Positions 38,401-52,100 of a stretch of 64,000 nt of DNA are shown here, one piece after another. The stretch spans positions 14,012,001 through 14,076,000 of the forward strand of contig NC_092672.1 in assembly GCF_964355755.1 (NCBI RefSeq), in the 5' to 3' direction. Within the stretch, counting starts at the first letter, position 1; each line of letters starts with the position of its first letter. The notes beneath the pieces are model-generated. The model worked only from the letters and a program-made list of their open reading frames with translations, was not told where the DNA came from and did no database searches. Made by a program: the position numbers and the translations under genes. The stretch comes from Antedon mediterranea (Eukaryota; Animalia; Echinodermata).

Positions 38401-40955
38401 TCAAATTAATGTCCATAGGTCAAAAAGGACAGTAACACATTTAAATAAAACGATGGTTATAGACCTATTCACAATCCGTACGTTACATCCACTTGACTAT
38501 AATCCCGGGATATAAGTGATTAAGAAGGTCATTGAACAATGGAATAGTTTGTTCAAATGAATAAAGAAATTTATCTGATAAACACACCTTATCCTGTGAT
38601 GTATATAGCTCATTAATATTACAGAAAACCACAATAGATAAACAATTAATTTAAGCAAGCCATATAATTTCGTATGGCTTGCTTAGGCTCAAATTGAAAT
38701 TGCAAATTGAAAATAGGCCTATGTGGAGATAATATTAACATTATTACAACAATATTACTGTTATTTAAATCATCCGTTTACATTGGTACTACGTACTTAT
38801 TCTGGTGAAATTACTTATAAATTAATTTTATTTTAGTATCATAATTTTATACCATAAAATAAACAATAATAAATAAATTGACACGTTTAACCACCTTTAC
38901 AAAAAAATAATAACAAAAAAAAACGACAACATGGATAGTATACAAAAAGATCCAGCATTATTACAGATGCCATAATCATACCTAGAATTAAATTTTGAAG
39001 AAGAAGTATGCCTATCATTATTGTTTATAGTATCTATCCACTTAACAATGCTACTTGATAATGTTGTTAAACTGATTGTTGCTATAGGCCTACAGTATTT
39101 GTTAGGTATTTTTGATTAAAGCACAGGTAGGATATGACAATAAAATACTATATTTCTGTCATGATGTCAGTAATAAAGGGGTTAATAAGAAAAATATCAA
39201 TACATTTAACCGGCTTCAGTGTGCATTCTTGATAAACGATACTTAACCTGCTCAAAACACTCACACAACTCACACAAAATCATTATAATTACGAAAAATT
39301 CACTCTTTAATCAATTTTGATACAAATTTACAACTCATCTGAAATTGTTCTAACTTGACATGGTGTATTTTTTTTACGGCAATCCTGTTGACACTGCAAA
39401 GTATTCATTTTCCCGCTACATCATATATCGATGTTATCAAGCATTGGTAAGTTTATAAACACATTATTGAATTTGATTGAAATGTAGTTCTAACGTGAAG
39501 ATACATTTGTATCTAAATCTCGTATAATGTAACTTTAATACACCAAGAAAGACACATCATGATTCAACGAAATGTGTTAATTTAACATGTTAGAAAAAAA
39601 AATAGTATTCATGTAATCAGCACAAATATTTAATTTTGTGATAAACATAAGTAATTTTCATTTCCTTACCGAAAATTGTAATTTTTGTTTTTTAAATATC
39701 TACATCTACACATAGGCCTACCTGTTTGATGGTGTTTTCGTCCACCTTTTCTATGCTTTTTCCCATGACCGACTCCATCCTTTGTGGTCTCAGCATGGTG
39801 GTGTTCTATGTAAGAAAATATTAAGTGAACATCGGAATAGATCAAGTCACAAAGAAGCTTTTACTAGTCATGTACCTGTATACAGTATATTTAAGATGAA
39901 TTGTTTGGCGGATGTTTCTTGGGTCTTGTTGAACTTTTCTTAAATGTCATAATCATAATACAAACAGTAGCACAATGTAAAAAAAAACTTAACCAAAATT
40001 AACCAATAAATATAAACAGAAATAAGGAAACTAAACTAAAATTGTTCCTTGCCTTTTAAACTAATGAAAGCACAAAAAGATGAGCATTTGTTTTTGCGTG
40101 CGGAATCCTTCTAATAATAATTTAATGGTAGTCCTAGGCTATAGCGCATAATGCGATGTTTTTAAACACTTTACACAAAAATAATTCATTAAATATTCTA
40201 AGATAGCCAAGATGACACTCGGCGCATCTTCGACCTTCGTGTTCAGGGGAAGTTGATACGAATCTGACAATTTGACCGGGTTTGCAAACATTATGAGTAC
40301 TAGAAGTGAGAACAATTTTAAACGAAGAAGATCTTCCAAAATAAGATCATTGGGGTTTGATAACGATATTTTTTATATCCAGCACAACACAATGTGTTTT
40401 TAAAAAACACCAGTGACCCGTAAGTGATGTTTTGTGGTTCACCACCACCTTTCTTCATTCAATGTTTCATTACATAATTTCTAAACATTTTCTTTTTTTT
40501 TATTATTATTTTCTGTTTTATCCTCATTGGTTCATAATTTTAACCTTTAGTATCATACCATTAGTAAGCATTAGCATTCATTAATTTTGTTTTCTGAATT
40601 ACTAAACATTAGGCCTAATACAAAGTATTTTTTTTGTGTGTGTGTTAATCCTCTATTTACAATAACCAATTATATATTAATTAAAATACTTAACTACATA
40701 CATCAAATGCATTGTTTGGTGTATACTGATAACATTAACCTACACACCTATAATGTTTACTTATTTTAATAATTATTAAAGTAAATGCCAACGTTTGAAA
40801 TTTCAATAGGCCTAAATAAAAATAATAAATCGATAATGGGTTGTCCTACCTCCATGTTTCCTCTTTTCTTTATTTTTTTTTGCCTCAACTTGAACAAACA
40901 ATACCATAACAAGCAGAGCAATAGCTACATAGATGAAGATTGCGTGAAGTTTCAT
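35453..40955 (-). CDS. Secreted draxin-like protein, ~225 aa; exons 40955-40850, 39805-39722, 37614-37523, 37307-37139, 36565-36470, 35583-35453
   Basis: Six GT-AG exons join in frame (678 nt). The product has a signal peptide MKLHAIFIYVAIALLVMVLFVQVEA, a Lys/Arg/His-rich disordered region and a 10-Cys domain CAEQTCDTGLCCVMKNGTASCDDLKLSHGNKCHYDCQCDSGQHCMKKNKKHHTKRAGKCMP. The Cys domain resembles the draxin C-terminal Dickkopf-like domain as recalled. Confidence 0.75.
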
Positions 40956-43900
40956 TTTGGCGCTGTAAAGTAACTCTGTGAAAATAAAGAACAGTATAAT
41001 AATGTATACAGTAGTCGCGCTATATGTGGTTGTAGAGTGACCATTTGGCAATCTTCCAAAACGTTGAATCTCAAAACGCCATAGAATAAGCTAGTGATGA
41101 TTAGAAACACAACTTATCAATTGTTTATCGCTAGTTTCTCTATAATGTTAACCTTTCCTTATGTCTTCAGCTAGAATAATGTGTTTTAAAACGTACAATC
41201 AATGCCTGTTCTGTTTTAGCCTTAATTTTAGAATTAAAGCAATTTTCTTTTTAATCACGATATAATTCCTTGAATAATGTTTGAATAATTAATTGGCTCA
41301 TTAGACATTCATTTATTGTCAAGGTTGGGAAAAATTAATACATGTTGTGTGTGGGGCTCAACAAAGTATTGCGCAATTGGCCCACGGATCTTGGTATGGC
41401 CGTTCTTTTGCAATGACTAAGAAAGAATGACCACGTCATTCCGGCGCAACTTAGTTCAAAGAATGGACAACAAACTGTTTGTTGTTGATTCAACATAATT
41501 AGGTTAATTCATTAGTATAGACTACATGCAACTCTCTTATAAATTGCAATCATACAAGACCTACTTCAAAAACTACTCGATTGTCAGTGCTGTATAGGCC
41601 TACCGTAGGCCTACTACGTCAGTACCGACAATCGGGTGATACTATGTGAAACACATGTGATGTATTACCTATCCTATATGATACTAGATCTAGATAAAGT
41701 ACCGAGATTCAGGTACAATAACTATGTTCTTCGGATAATTTAATAATTATAAACAATAGTACTTGTAAAATAATTTCACAAGCTGCTGTTCTTTGATTGG
41801 TCAATTCAATGCACTGTTTTTGTAAATAATATAATTAATGTGCAATTGATTTCTTCTTCACCTTGTACTTCAACCATTTAACTTGTTCGATCAATGAGAG
41901 TAGCTTTTAATTATATTATCTTTTCAACTTTAACACAAATGATAATTACAATGTTTGCGTTCCTGTTGTAGTGTCGTTTTTATAGACAGTATGGCTGTTG
42001 AAAACTCCACGGAGCACTTTGGTGTAAATTGTAAAAACCTTTTAAAGTGCTGGGATGGGCCCTCGGTAAATCCAGTCACTTAAGCCTAACTGTATGTATA
42101 GTTTACACTCAGAATATCAAACGCTGTTCCGTTGAGATTTTTACTCATTTGTATCACCAACACACGTTAATCCACTAATTAAAAATGCTATTATCTAGTC
42201 TCAATTTATCAACGTAATCTCGGCTTATTAACATAAATCATCTCATAGGAAACTTTCTGATAGTAATATAATATTATAACATTTTGTATCAGCATGTATC
42301 AGAAACTCATTATCTTATAATAGAATGTGGGTCCATGCTCTCTTGACAAGATTGATCCCGAAAATTTAAAAGCATATTATTGGCATGTTTTTTCATTTCT
42401 GTTATTAGCATACTAAGGTATATGATACAAACATATTATATTATTACCATATACAGGCTTATATCATTTGTAAAGATATTACATTTAGCGACACTCAATC
42501 AACCCTTCATTGTTTTATCAAACTACATTTATTTAATTATTAAGCATTACTTAGTACCAATGGGTGTTGATTTCATGATGAATTTCATTTTAATAATTAC
42601 AATGTTCCAGTGTAAAGACATTTCAAATAGGGGTCTCATGTTTAATAAAAATTATCTTAAGTACAATATTTTATTATTATGGGAAATCTTAATGGGAATC
42701 CATCATCTCAAAGCATATTATTGCATCGTTAATAATTTGTATCGCTAAATTATTCAAATTTAGAAGTATGTGATTGCAATTAGTTCACACTTCATTTTAT
42801 ACGTGTGGTTGCATGACCTGTATATCATAAATATCAACGGAAATTAAATTTCAGGTTCGTTTGATACTACATGATTGATTTGTTATTCCTTCTTAAGCTT
42901 TTGTTTAGATTGAAATTATTTTGGTCATCTTTATAATATATTTGGATCTTTATACGTCAAATAGGAATTGAATAAACCATAAACTAATAGAGAACAATGT
43001 GGCTTGTACGGGGTTTTTTTTCAACTTTAAGAATTATGATATTCTTCCACTGTAACGATTGGAGATCTTTTTTATTCACTTTTAAATATACTGTCATTAA
43101 AATAAAACACGTTTTAACAATATGTACGCGTCACTTGCATGTGACAAAAAAATGGAGAACATGACCTTTGTTTTTAATTTTAATAATACAAGAGAATATA
43201 CATCTATATGCCTTATTATAGTGAACTTGTATATATTGAAATAATTTGTACTGCAAACTAAAATAAAAGTTGGACGAGCCCATAAAAGACAAAAAAAAAC
43301 TGTAACGATTAATACACATTTAAAAAAATATAATATACCATGTTTGCAAGTGGTATGTCAAACGCTTTTAGTACGTATGTTTCGGAGGTTTCAAGACGAG
43401 ACAGAGACTTTTTTATTTAGCAATTAAACAACCGAATTAGTACGTTCACGCGTCGGTTAAGACTGGTCAACACGTAGCTTACGCAAGCGGTAAGTAGGTC
43501 CACGGATTAAAATTCCAAGGTGTTCACACGTATGGCGTTCATTAAAGTCCAAGAAGTTTAAACGTATATATGTGGATTCAAATACTATTCTGGATTGAAC
43601 TGTAGGCCTATGTTGTACTACGGTATTTTTTTGTTTATAAGAATTAAAATAACCCGTTTTATCGTTAGATATATCATAGAGATATTATAGTAATATCTCT
43701 ATGGATATATTTACATTACATTTCTATACGCTGTGCTGATCGACATTATTATTTAAGATATGATTAACATATTTGTATAGGCCTGGAAAATAAGATACAA
43801 CTGGCTCTTATGCAACTAAGTAATATGTGCATTTGCTATTATTTAGGCTTATTATACAATACATTTCATATTATTACCTAGGCTTTTCAACATTCTGATT

Positions 43901-46132
43901 TGATCAAGAATATATTATTATCTTATCTGTAGCGAGCGCAGTACAATAACAATGGGCCCGGCTACAACAATTGACTCGATGTTCTTTTCATTGCGTGAAG
44001 CAAATTCAATGGATACATAATACACAGCATCCGCTATGTCTCCTCATTTGTAGCACATATCTAAAATTATTCCGCAGAATCTTAAATTGTATTATTTATT
44101 CTCGGTCATGCTGAGGTTTTTCTGCATCATTTGTAATAATTTAGGTATGGTTATGTACTGGGATAGGCCTAAACTAACATACATTTTGTAAGCCTTTTTT
44201 CAATACGCGTTCACACACACGAGGGAACCAGGCAAGATAAATTCTAGATTTTTAAAACATTTGCTTCTTTTTGGTTCTTATGTGGTAAAAGTCATTATTA
44301 TAAACGAGAGGAATAACGATAGAAATTAATATTATCATGATGAAATATATTATAAAATGTCATGTCATGCCATAATATCTAGAATTATAGCCTAATCAAG
44401 TTTAAAGATGAATCTAAAGAATGGTGGCCTACATCTCAATTCACATTAGAGATAGCAATAATGATTCTATAGGGCCTATAAAGCATCTCGCAGTCATACT
44501 CACAGAAATATTAAACATAGTTATTTAATGAAAACCAGGGAAGAGTAACTCTTCCCTGATGAAAACAAATAAAAATAAGAACGTTACCAGCTGGTCAGAG
44601 TGGCGTGCTGTATTTTTTTTAAACAAAGACCGTCGATCACGATTGTTTCTTGAGTAAACGTAATACTGTACTGTACAAGTTAATAATCATAATTGTTTGG
44701 ATTCGTCTATTATTAACTGGGGGTGTCTGTGTTGGCTTATTTTGATGGATGGTGTATGGTTTTGTTTTAGGATCGACCCACTTTCATTTCTTCATCTGAA
44801 TAAAATGTTCGTTTACAATGTATTGTGTACAGTGTAATGATACAATACAATATAACTGACATTGAATAACTTTCAGTACATCTGTATCTCACTCCTACCA
44901 TTGCATTTTATATATAGGCCTAATAAAGAAGAAACAAAAATTATTTTCCTCTATGTTATACACTCTTACACGTTTTTTCAATCCTTAACAATGTACGTAT
45001 AATTTAACAGGATTCTTTATTTTATAACTCTTTTTATCTCTTTCAGGCAATAAACAAAAAGTTATATTTTTACTTTACCTAAATATTAATTTTATAAACG
45101 TTAATTTTATACCTTGCTAATTTATTACGGTCCATATCTGACCACATTTTTTTTTGCCCTTTCTTTATTTATTAAAAACTCACAATTGATTATACCTTCT
45201 AACTCAGCAGTAAAAATTAACCATGGAAATTTTTTAACAAGTCCAAGTCTATGTCTGACTTTACTTTTATAAACACACAAAGTTAAAATGGAAAATATTT
45301 CATATCAATCATATTTTCCAAGTACAATTTTCTCCCATGTAACTTCCTGAGTAATTTCAACCCGGATGCAGCCATATGTTTCATATTAGTAACATATAAT
45401 GTTCTGAACAATTTGATACCGAAAAAAACTGTCTATGATTTTTTACTGAGATATGGCAATGCCTTAAAATATTGGCCAAAATGGTTAAAAATGCTATTTC
45501 CGGTAATATTTTTTACAAAGTTGTAACTGATTAGAGTAAAATGGAAAATGTTTATGTACAAAATATTTTCAACTCTCTATGACTAGAATAGTAGTTTCAG
45601 AGATATAGGTGTTGATTTTGTAATACTACTAGCCCTATATTCATAGGCCTTTAATTATGGGTAATTCACCGGCAGTTTTAATTTTAATTAAAACATTTTT
45701 GACAAGAAAATTACTTTAAAGTAATTATAAATACAGTATTAGTAAATATTTCACCAGCAGATTGTTTCTTCGTTTGTTTTATTTGTGTTATTTTTACGTA
45801 ACCTTTTATAAGATTATACGTCGGTAGCGTACAAATACAATAAAAAAAGATTAAGTAAGGTTATGATGTCATTTGTAATTCAATACAGAGGGTGCACTCC
45901 GGAAATGAGCAGGGTACCTGGTATTTTAAAACAACGTCATCATTTGGCAAAGTGTACCGAGAACGACACATTTAAAACTTCTTGGGTTATAATATAAAGC
46001 CTCGTATATAATCTCTGTGGATCCGGATATCTTGTACGATTATAGCGACCATTGCATTGTTGTTGTGTTTGTTTGCAAGAATTGCGAATACCAGAATTAC
46101 CACTACTCGAGCCTCTCTAAAAAGACAGTCAC

Positions 46133-49100
46133 ATGGCTACCCGCTTATTTGAAGGTGTCGAACATGCTTCTTTGTATGATAAGTATCGCCCTACATACCC
46201 ACAACAACTAATCGACAGTATAACACAATTTATGAAGGTAAGTTCACCCGGATAGACATGCAATATAGCTCAGTCAACATTCTAGATACTGTGTATTAAT
46301 GAAATCGGTTGTCGCGCTTGAATTGGCTGGGTTTTATTTCCGGTATTTTGTATTCCTTGTATGAAGCGCCGCCAGATACGTTTTTTATCGGTTGCGTATG
46401 ATGTCGGTCAGGGTATTTATTTCGGTCGCGTTATTGTTCAACTTTTCTAGATTTTAAGCTTAATTCTATTTGATTGAACGGTTAGTTATTGCTACAGAAT
46501 ATCGTCTGGCATTGACTAAAATATAAATACAATATGGAATATCTAAGTATCCAGAAATTACACTATTATTAGTATACGAGGCCTACATTCGTTTTACCAG
46601 TCCTATTGAAATACTTTTTTCTCTTAGGATTCATGTCTAGATTAGAGTATAGAATCATGTAGTCAGTTTAATGGTACAATGAGATAAAGTATGATGATGC
46701 AACCGTCAAAAACGTAACAAAATGAAACAAGAAATATTTCTTACAAAAAACGCCGCTTGACTTTCAGACGTTAGTTTTAATTATTGTTCTTAATTCTTCA
46801 TTAAAAATTATGCTTTTTTATTGATATTCTATTTAATAATTAAAGAAATAATTATTTAATATCAATTATTGGATTCAGTTTTCCTTCTGTAGGCTAATTG
46901 ACTTAGCTCTGCTTATCAGTCGGCAATAAAAACAATCAACTTTTATTTCAGAACAAAGTCCGTGGCGCGCCTACTAATGTACACCAACCCCGAATATGCA
47001 CAGACATTTAGTTTACAAATAGTAGTTTACAAACATAGTCAACAATTCTTCACCATATGGCGCAAACAAAATGTATTATAGAGGAAGTATTTCACCATTG
47101 TTCAATCGGCCTACGTTGACAGCCAAAACGAAAACATTGTGTATTTAGTCTATGCACTGTATACGATTTGGTCTTACAGACATGCTTTGGGGTTTTCGCA
47201 TGCTCAGTCCGAGTTTAGTAGTAAACTACAGTATTAAGCTTTCGCGTAATACAGTTTAGGATCAAGCCATTGGGCCATAATAATAACAAGAAATATTTTT
47301 CATAAAAAACGCTGCTCAACATTTTAAAATTGATGATTGTTCTTTCTTTAGATATATTTATGATTAATTATTAAAAAGATGTTCTTTAATCGCAAAAATA
47401 CATACAAATCAAAGATTCGCGTCAACCAATCAAAGGGCGAGAATCCAAAATCGTTCAACCGTGAGCCCTCATGAACTCTCTTTTCCCAGACGTTTATTGG
47501 GTCCAGCAGCTGGAATCTATAAATTATAGTCGAGTTTACAAAGTCGCAAAACTGTCGGCCTTAGATACTATAACTGCTGATGCTTGCTTTAGATTATGAA
47601 TGAGTCGTCCTCATGGGACGTAGCTAACTAGAGCAGCAGTGAAAACTTAATACAAAAAACAAAAGGTTTTTGGCCAAATTATGCTAGATTTTTTTTGGAA
47701 AAAATCTAGCATAATTTGGCCAAAAACCTTTTGCTTAAAAAATGCTAGATCATGGGAATCAACCTTCTAAATTGTTTTTCAGAATTACCGTATGCCAGTT
47801 TATGCTAGATTTTCTAAAATTAGATTATTATTATGCCAGATCGGTCAAAATTATGCTAGACGGCATAACTATTATATGCTAGATTTGGCCACTACACGAA
47901 CATTCAAAGGACAAGCTCAACAATCAAAGGACGTTTGCAAAAAATATTAACTAATTTTTAAAGTTTAAGGGCACTAGAGCGCCAATAAAAAGAGTTGATG
48001 AGACATTGGGTTATTGTATCAAATTATCTCCATTAATGTATGTAAAGTATAGTGGCAACAAAATAATTTAAACGTTTTCTTATATTTAAACAATTAAAAT
48101 TTGACGATGTGACAAGTGTACATTGCGCGCGAATTATAAAGTTCGATTGATTGATTTTGCTATCCGGTAACTATAAGTTAGAAACATGTTCATTACGCTA
48201 GACGGTAGTTCGAAACACGTCAGATACGCCTCATGCATCAATATCCGTTGGAAATAAATGTGAGACACATTGATCATAAGTTTAGTAAAATTACATATCA
48301 CAAATTCTAGTTCTTGCCTCTTGTACAAAAATAAAGTTTTTTGGACAAGTACCGTATAGGGTCATTCCATCTCAGTTCACCAAAAAAAAAATGGAATTTT
48401 AAACCCTAACCTCTTCCAATTTTGATGAAATTTGGTATATGGGTGATTCATAACAATTAAAGCCAAAATTTTAAATTTTAACTTTATCGGACCAACGGTT
48501 TTCGAGATATCGCAATTTCAATTTTCGGTTTTTACGCAAAAAAGGGCGCGACCGCCATGGTTTTAAAGAGCTGTATCTCGGGAACTATAGGTTCGATTTT
48601 AAAAACAAAGGTATTTTTTGTAAAGGGGAGACCATAAGGAACCTAAATATACTAATTGTGTGTGTTTTATGTTAATTTTAAGTTGAATAAAACTTTGACA
48701 TATATTTTGACCTTGAAATTGACCCCGTGGAACACGCCCGATTTGTTGGCGACTATCACGAAAAATGTAGCCATACGTGTCAACTACAACACATAAAAAA
48801 ATTGGAGGTTTTTTTTTGTTTGTTTCCATAAAATTACAATTTGAAGTTGACATACCTCTTCCTTTTAGTGTATTTTTGGTGTTGTTATACTTATACACAG
48901 TGTGAACACTACGGTAACTGTTAAGCCCGCTGTTAAGGTGTCTTATTGTTACGCTTTCTCATCAGGCCCACTAAACAGTAGATATATTTTGATATGAGAA
49001 ATACTGGGTAAGTCACATACTTTTCAAATCAATTTTGACACATAGTTTAGTGTCCTTACTATGTTATTGTGCACATTAACATTTGCATAATAAGTGATTG

Positions 49101-52100
49101 CAGAGAACATACAACAGTTACAGTTACAAAACTACCAACCATGAAAATAGTTCATTATTTTTCACAGATGGATGTGGCGGCCAATACAAAAACAAATATA
49201 ACTTTATTAACCTTTGCCACCACCAGGAAGATTTTGGTTTAGACGCCGAGTGGAATTTTTTCGCTACATCACATGGCAAGAGTGACTCTAGTGCATGTGA
49301 TGGCATAGGTGGAACAGTTAAGAGGCTTGTCACTAAGAGAAGCTTACAGCGTTTGACTGAATGTCATATTCTCACATCTCTCAGTATGTTCGACTACTGT
49401 GTAATTTTTTATTTTTATTTTATGTCTTTAGGCAATGTGGCCAAGGATTACCAATAGTGAATTAATCACTGTCCTATCAGATAGGTGATAATCCCCCTGA
49501 TACGTATTGTGTGAACCAGTTCACCGGGGTAACCCCCTACTCTTTTTCGAATAATGAACTGTGTTCTTTAAAGTACACACAGGTTATAACTGTGTACACT
49601 GGACCTACGGTTTATAGTCCTTATCCGAGAAGACTTGTTCCACCACCAGAACTAGGATCGAGTCGGCCTCGAACCCTTGCCGATGTTGTTGTTGGCTCAT
49701 ATGGACATTCCAGGCTTCAACTTTTTTCATGTGGGAATAGATGAGGTATCTACTGTGGAAAAAGAAATAAAGCCGAGATTCAACCTCGCCCAGACCATCA
49801 AGGGTACATTACAATATTATCGCTTTGTTCCCGTTTCTCTAGCACAGATGCAGGTAGTCTAGTACCCAGATAAACCCTCCGGATGTGGTAGTGATTCAAG
49901 AATCTTTCAGTGATGAAAATGAAATAGTTGCTGATACACAACCCACCATTATTAGACTTCAGAATTTTGTGTGCTGTAGTTATGATGGTGTCCCATGGAT
50001 TGGTTTGGTTGTGGATGTCTCAGAAGAGTTTGGGGATTATCAAATTAAATTGCATCCTCATGGGCCAGCGAAAACCTTTTATTGGCCGTCCAAAGAAGAC
50101 TGTTGTTGGATTCCTGAATCAAATGTACATTGTATTTAATAGCCTCTCCGTTTATAAAATCCTCTTCGACTAGGAATTACAGTATTTCCCAAAATGATCG
50201 CCACAACATTTCTAAATACTGTTTGAATTGGCCAGATGACAAGGAGTAAAGGCCAGACATAGACAATTGTAACATTATAATAATATTTAGTTTGTAAATA
50301 CAATTATTTTTGGAATACATCAAATTGACATTGAAGTAATGCATGTACAGACACCAAAAAATACACTAAAAGGAAGAGGTATGTCAACTTCAAATTGTAA
50401 TTTCATGGAAACAAAGAAAATAAAACCTCCAATTTTTTTATATGTTGTAGTTGACACGTTAGGGCTACATTTTTCGTGATAGTCACCAACAAATCGGGCG
50501 TGCTCCACGGGGTCAATTTCAAGGTCAAAATATATGTCAAAGTTTTATTCAACTTAAAATTAACATAAAAATTAGTATATTTAGGTTCCTTATGGTCTCC
50601 CCTTTACAAAAAATACCTTTGTTTTTAAAATCGAACCTATAGTTCCCGAAATACAGCTCTTTGAAACGTTGCGGACGCGCCCTTTTTTGCGTAAAAACCG
50701 AAAATTGAAATTGCGATATCTCGAAAACCGTTGGTCCGATAAAGTTAAAATTTGAAATTTTGGCTTTAATTGCTATGAATCACTCATATACCAAATTTCA
50801 TCAAAATTGGAAGAGGTAGGGTTTAACTCATTGGGTGATCTGAGATGGAATGACCCCGTAGTTCTCGAGAAAATGCGATTTCAATTTACTTGTTACTTTA
50901 CTTTTGGCCACTAAAAAGTGGTCCAGAATTGAGACCGTGGTCCGGATTACCTCTAATTTAATTTAATAGAGTGGTCCTTGACCACATATCTATCTGCATC
51001 ATTTTGGTAAAGATCTTGCAATAAGTTTTTGAGTAATCCTGCTAACAAACAGACAAACAGACACACGCGATCGACTACATTATACTGTACCTCCTTGGCG
51101 GAGGTAAATAATGAATCATCTACGTTATAGTATTTTGAACAGACTTTTTGTTAACAGTTATTTAAAGCTATCGTATTATTTATCGGCTATTGTCAATAAA
51201 CAGCATCTTACTATAATTATTCCGATTTCACTGCTATGGTATCATAACACAAACAGTGATGTTGATGATGATGATGTGAGATAAAGTGATGCGGTTGTCG
51301 CAAGAAAGGGAGTCTCTGTTCAAGACACTAGGTTATAAAAGGCGTCTTTAAAAAAGTGATCAGGTTGAAACCTGCGTAAATAAAAAAAAATTATTACATG
51401 TTTCAGGATAACTGTAAATTAAACGATGGTTTTGAATCAGCAGTGGATATAGGATGTGGTACAGGTCAGTTAACGAGAGATCTTGCATCATCTTTTAAAA
51501 ACGTCATTGGAGTCGATGTTAGCGAAGCTCAGCTGCAATGTGCAAGACATTCAACAATGAATAAACATAATATTGTCTATAAGTAAGTGCAGTAACTGGG
51601 GTGTCTAGAAAACTCAGATCTAGAAAACTCAGATCTCAGATATATAATATGAGTTTTCTAGATCTAGAAAACTCAGATATCTGACTTTTCTAGATCTAGA
51701 AAACTCAGATATTTGACTTTTCTAGATCTAGAAAACTCAGATATTCCAGAATGGAACTAGAAAACTCAGATCATCATATGATTGGTTGGTAGGTCATTTG
51801 GATCATTCCATTATTAATCAGAAGGTAGGTCATTTGAAATACTAGAGTATTATTGAAACTGACTGTGTATTTTCTTACTAATATTGTAACATGTAGAAGC
51901 GGTCTACGGCTTAAATCATAAAGAAAATAGAGTGCACGTTACCGTTAATCTGAGTTTTCTAGATCTAGAAAACTCAGATATAATTATCTGAGATCTGAGT
52001 TTTCTAGATCTGAGTTTTCTAGACACCACAGTAACTGTTATATCCCAAGGTTGTGCAAGAACTGGCAATTAACGTCTTATGATATCATCACCTCTGTGAT

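Larger units (their letters stand above)
48359..50856 (+). mobile_element. Defective Sola2-like DNA transposon with ~520-bp TIRs
   Basis: Termini GGGTCATTCCATCTCAG / CTGAGATGGAATGACCC, with long inverted arms ~48359-48885 vs ~50350-50856. Internal transposase remnant is present. TSD is ambiguous (CGTATA left, CGTA right). Confidence 0.82.

Noticed and set aside
42380-43319. 122- and 62-aa AT-rich ORFs
   Set aside because: Composition is typical of random AT-rich intergenic DNA, with no domain or splice support.
48599-50508. ORFs at 48599-48898 and 50320-50508
   Set aside because: They are translations of the two arms of the transposon TIR.
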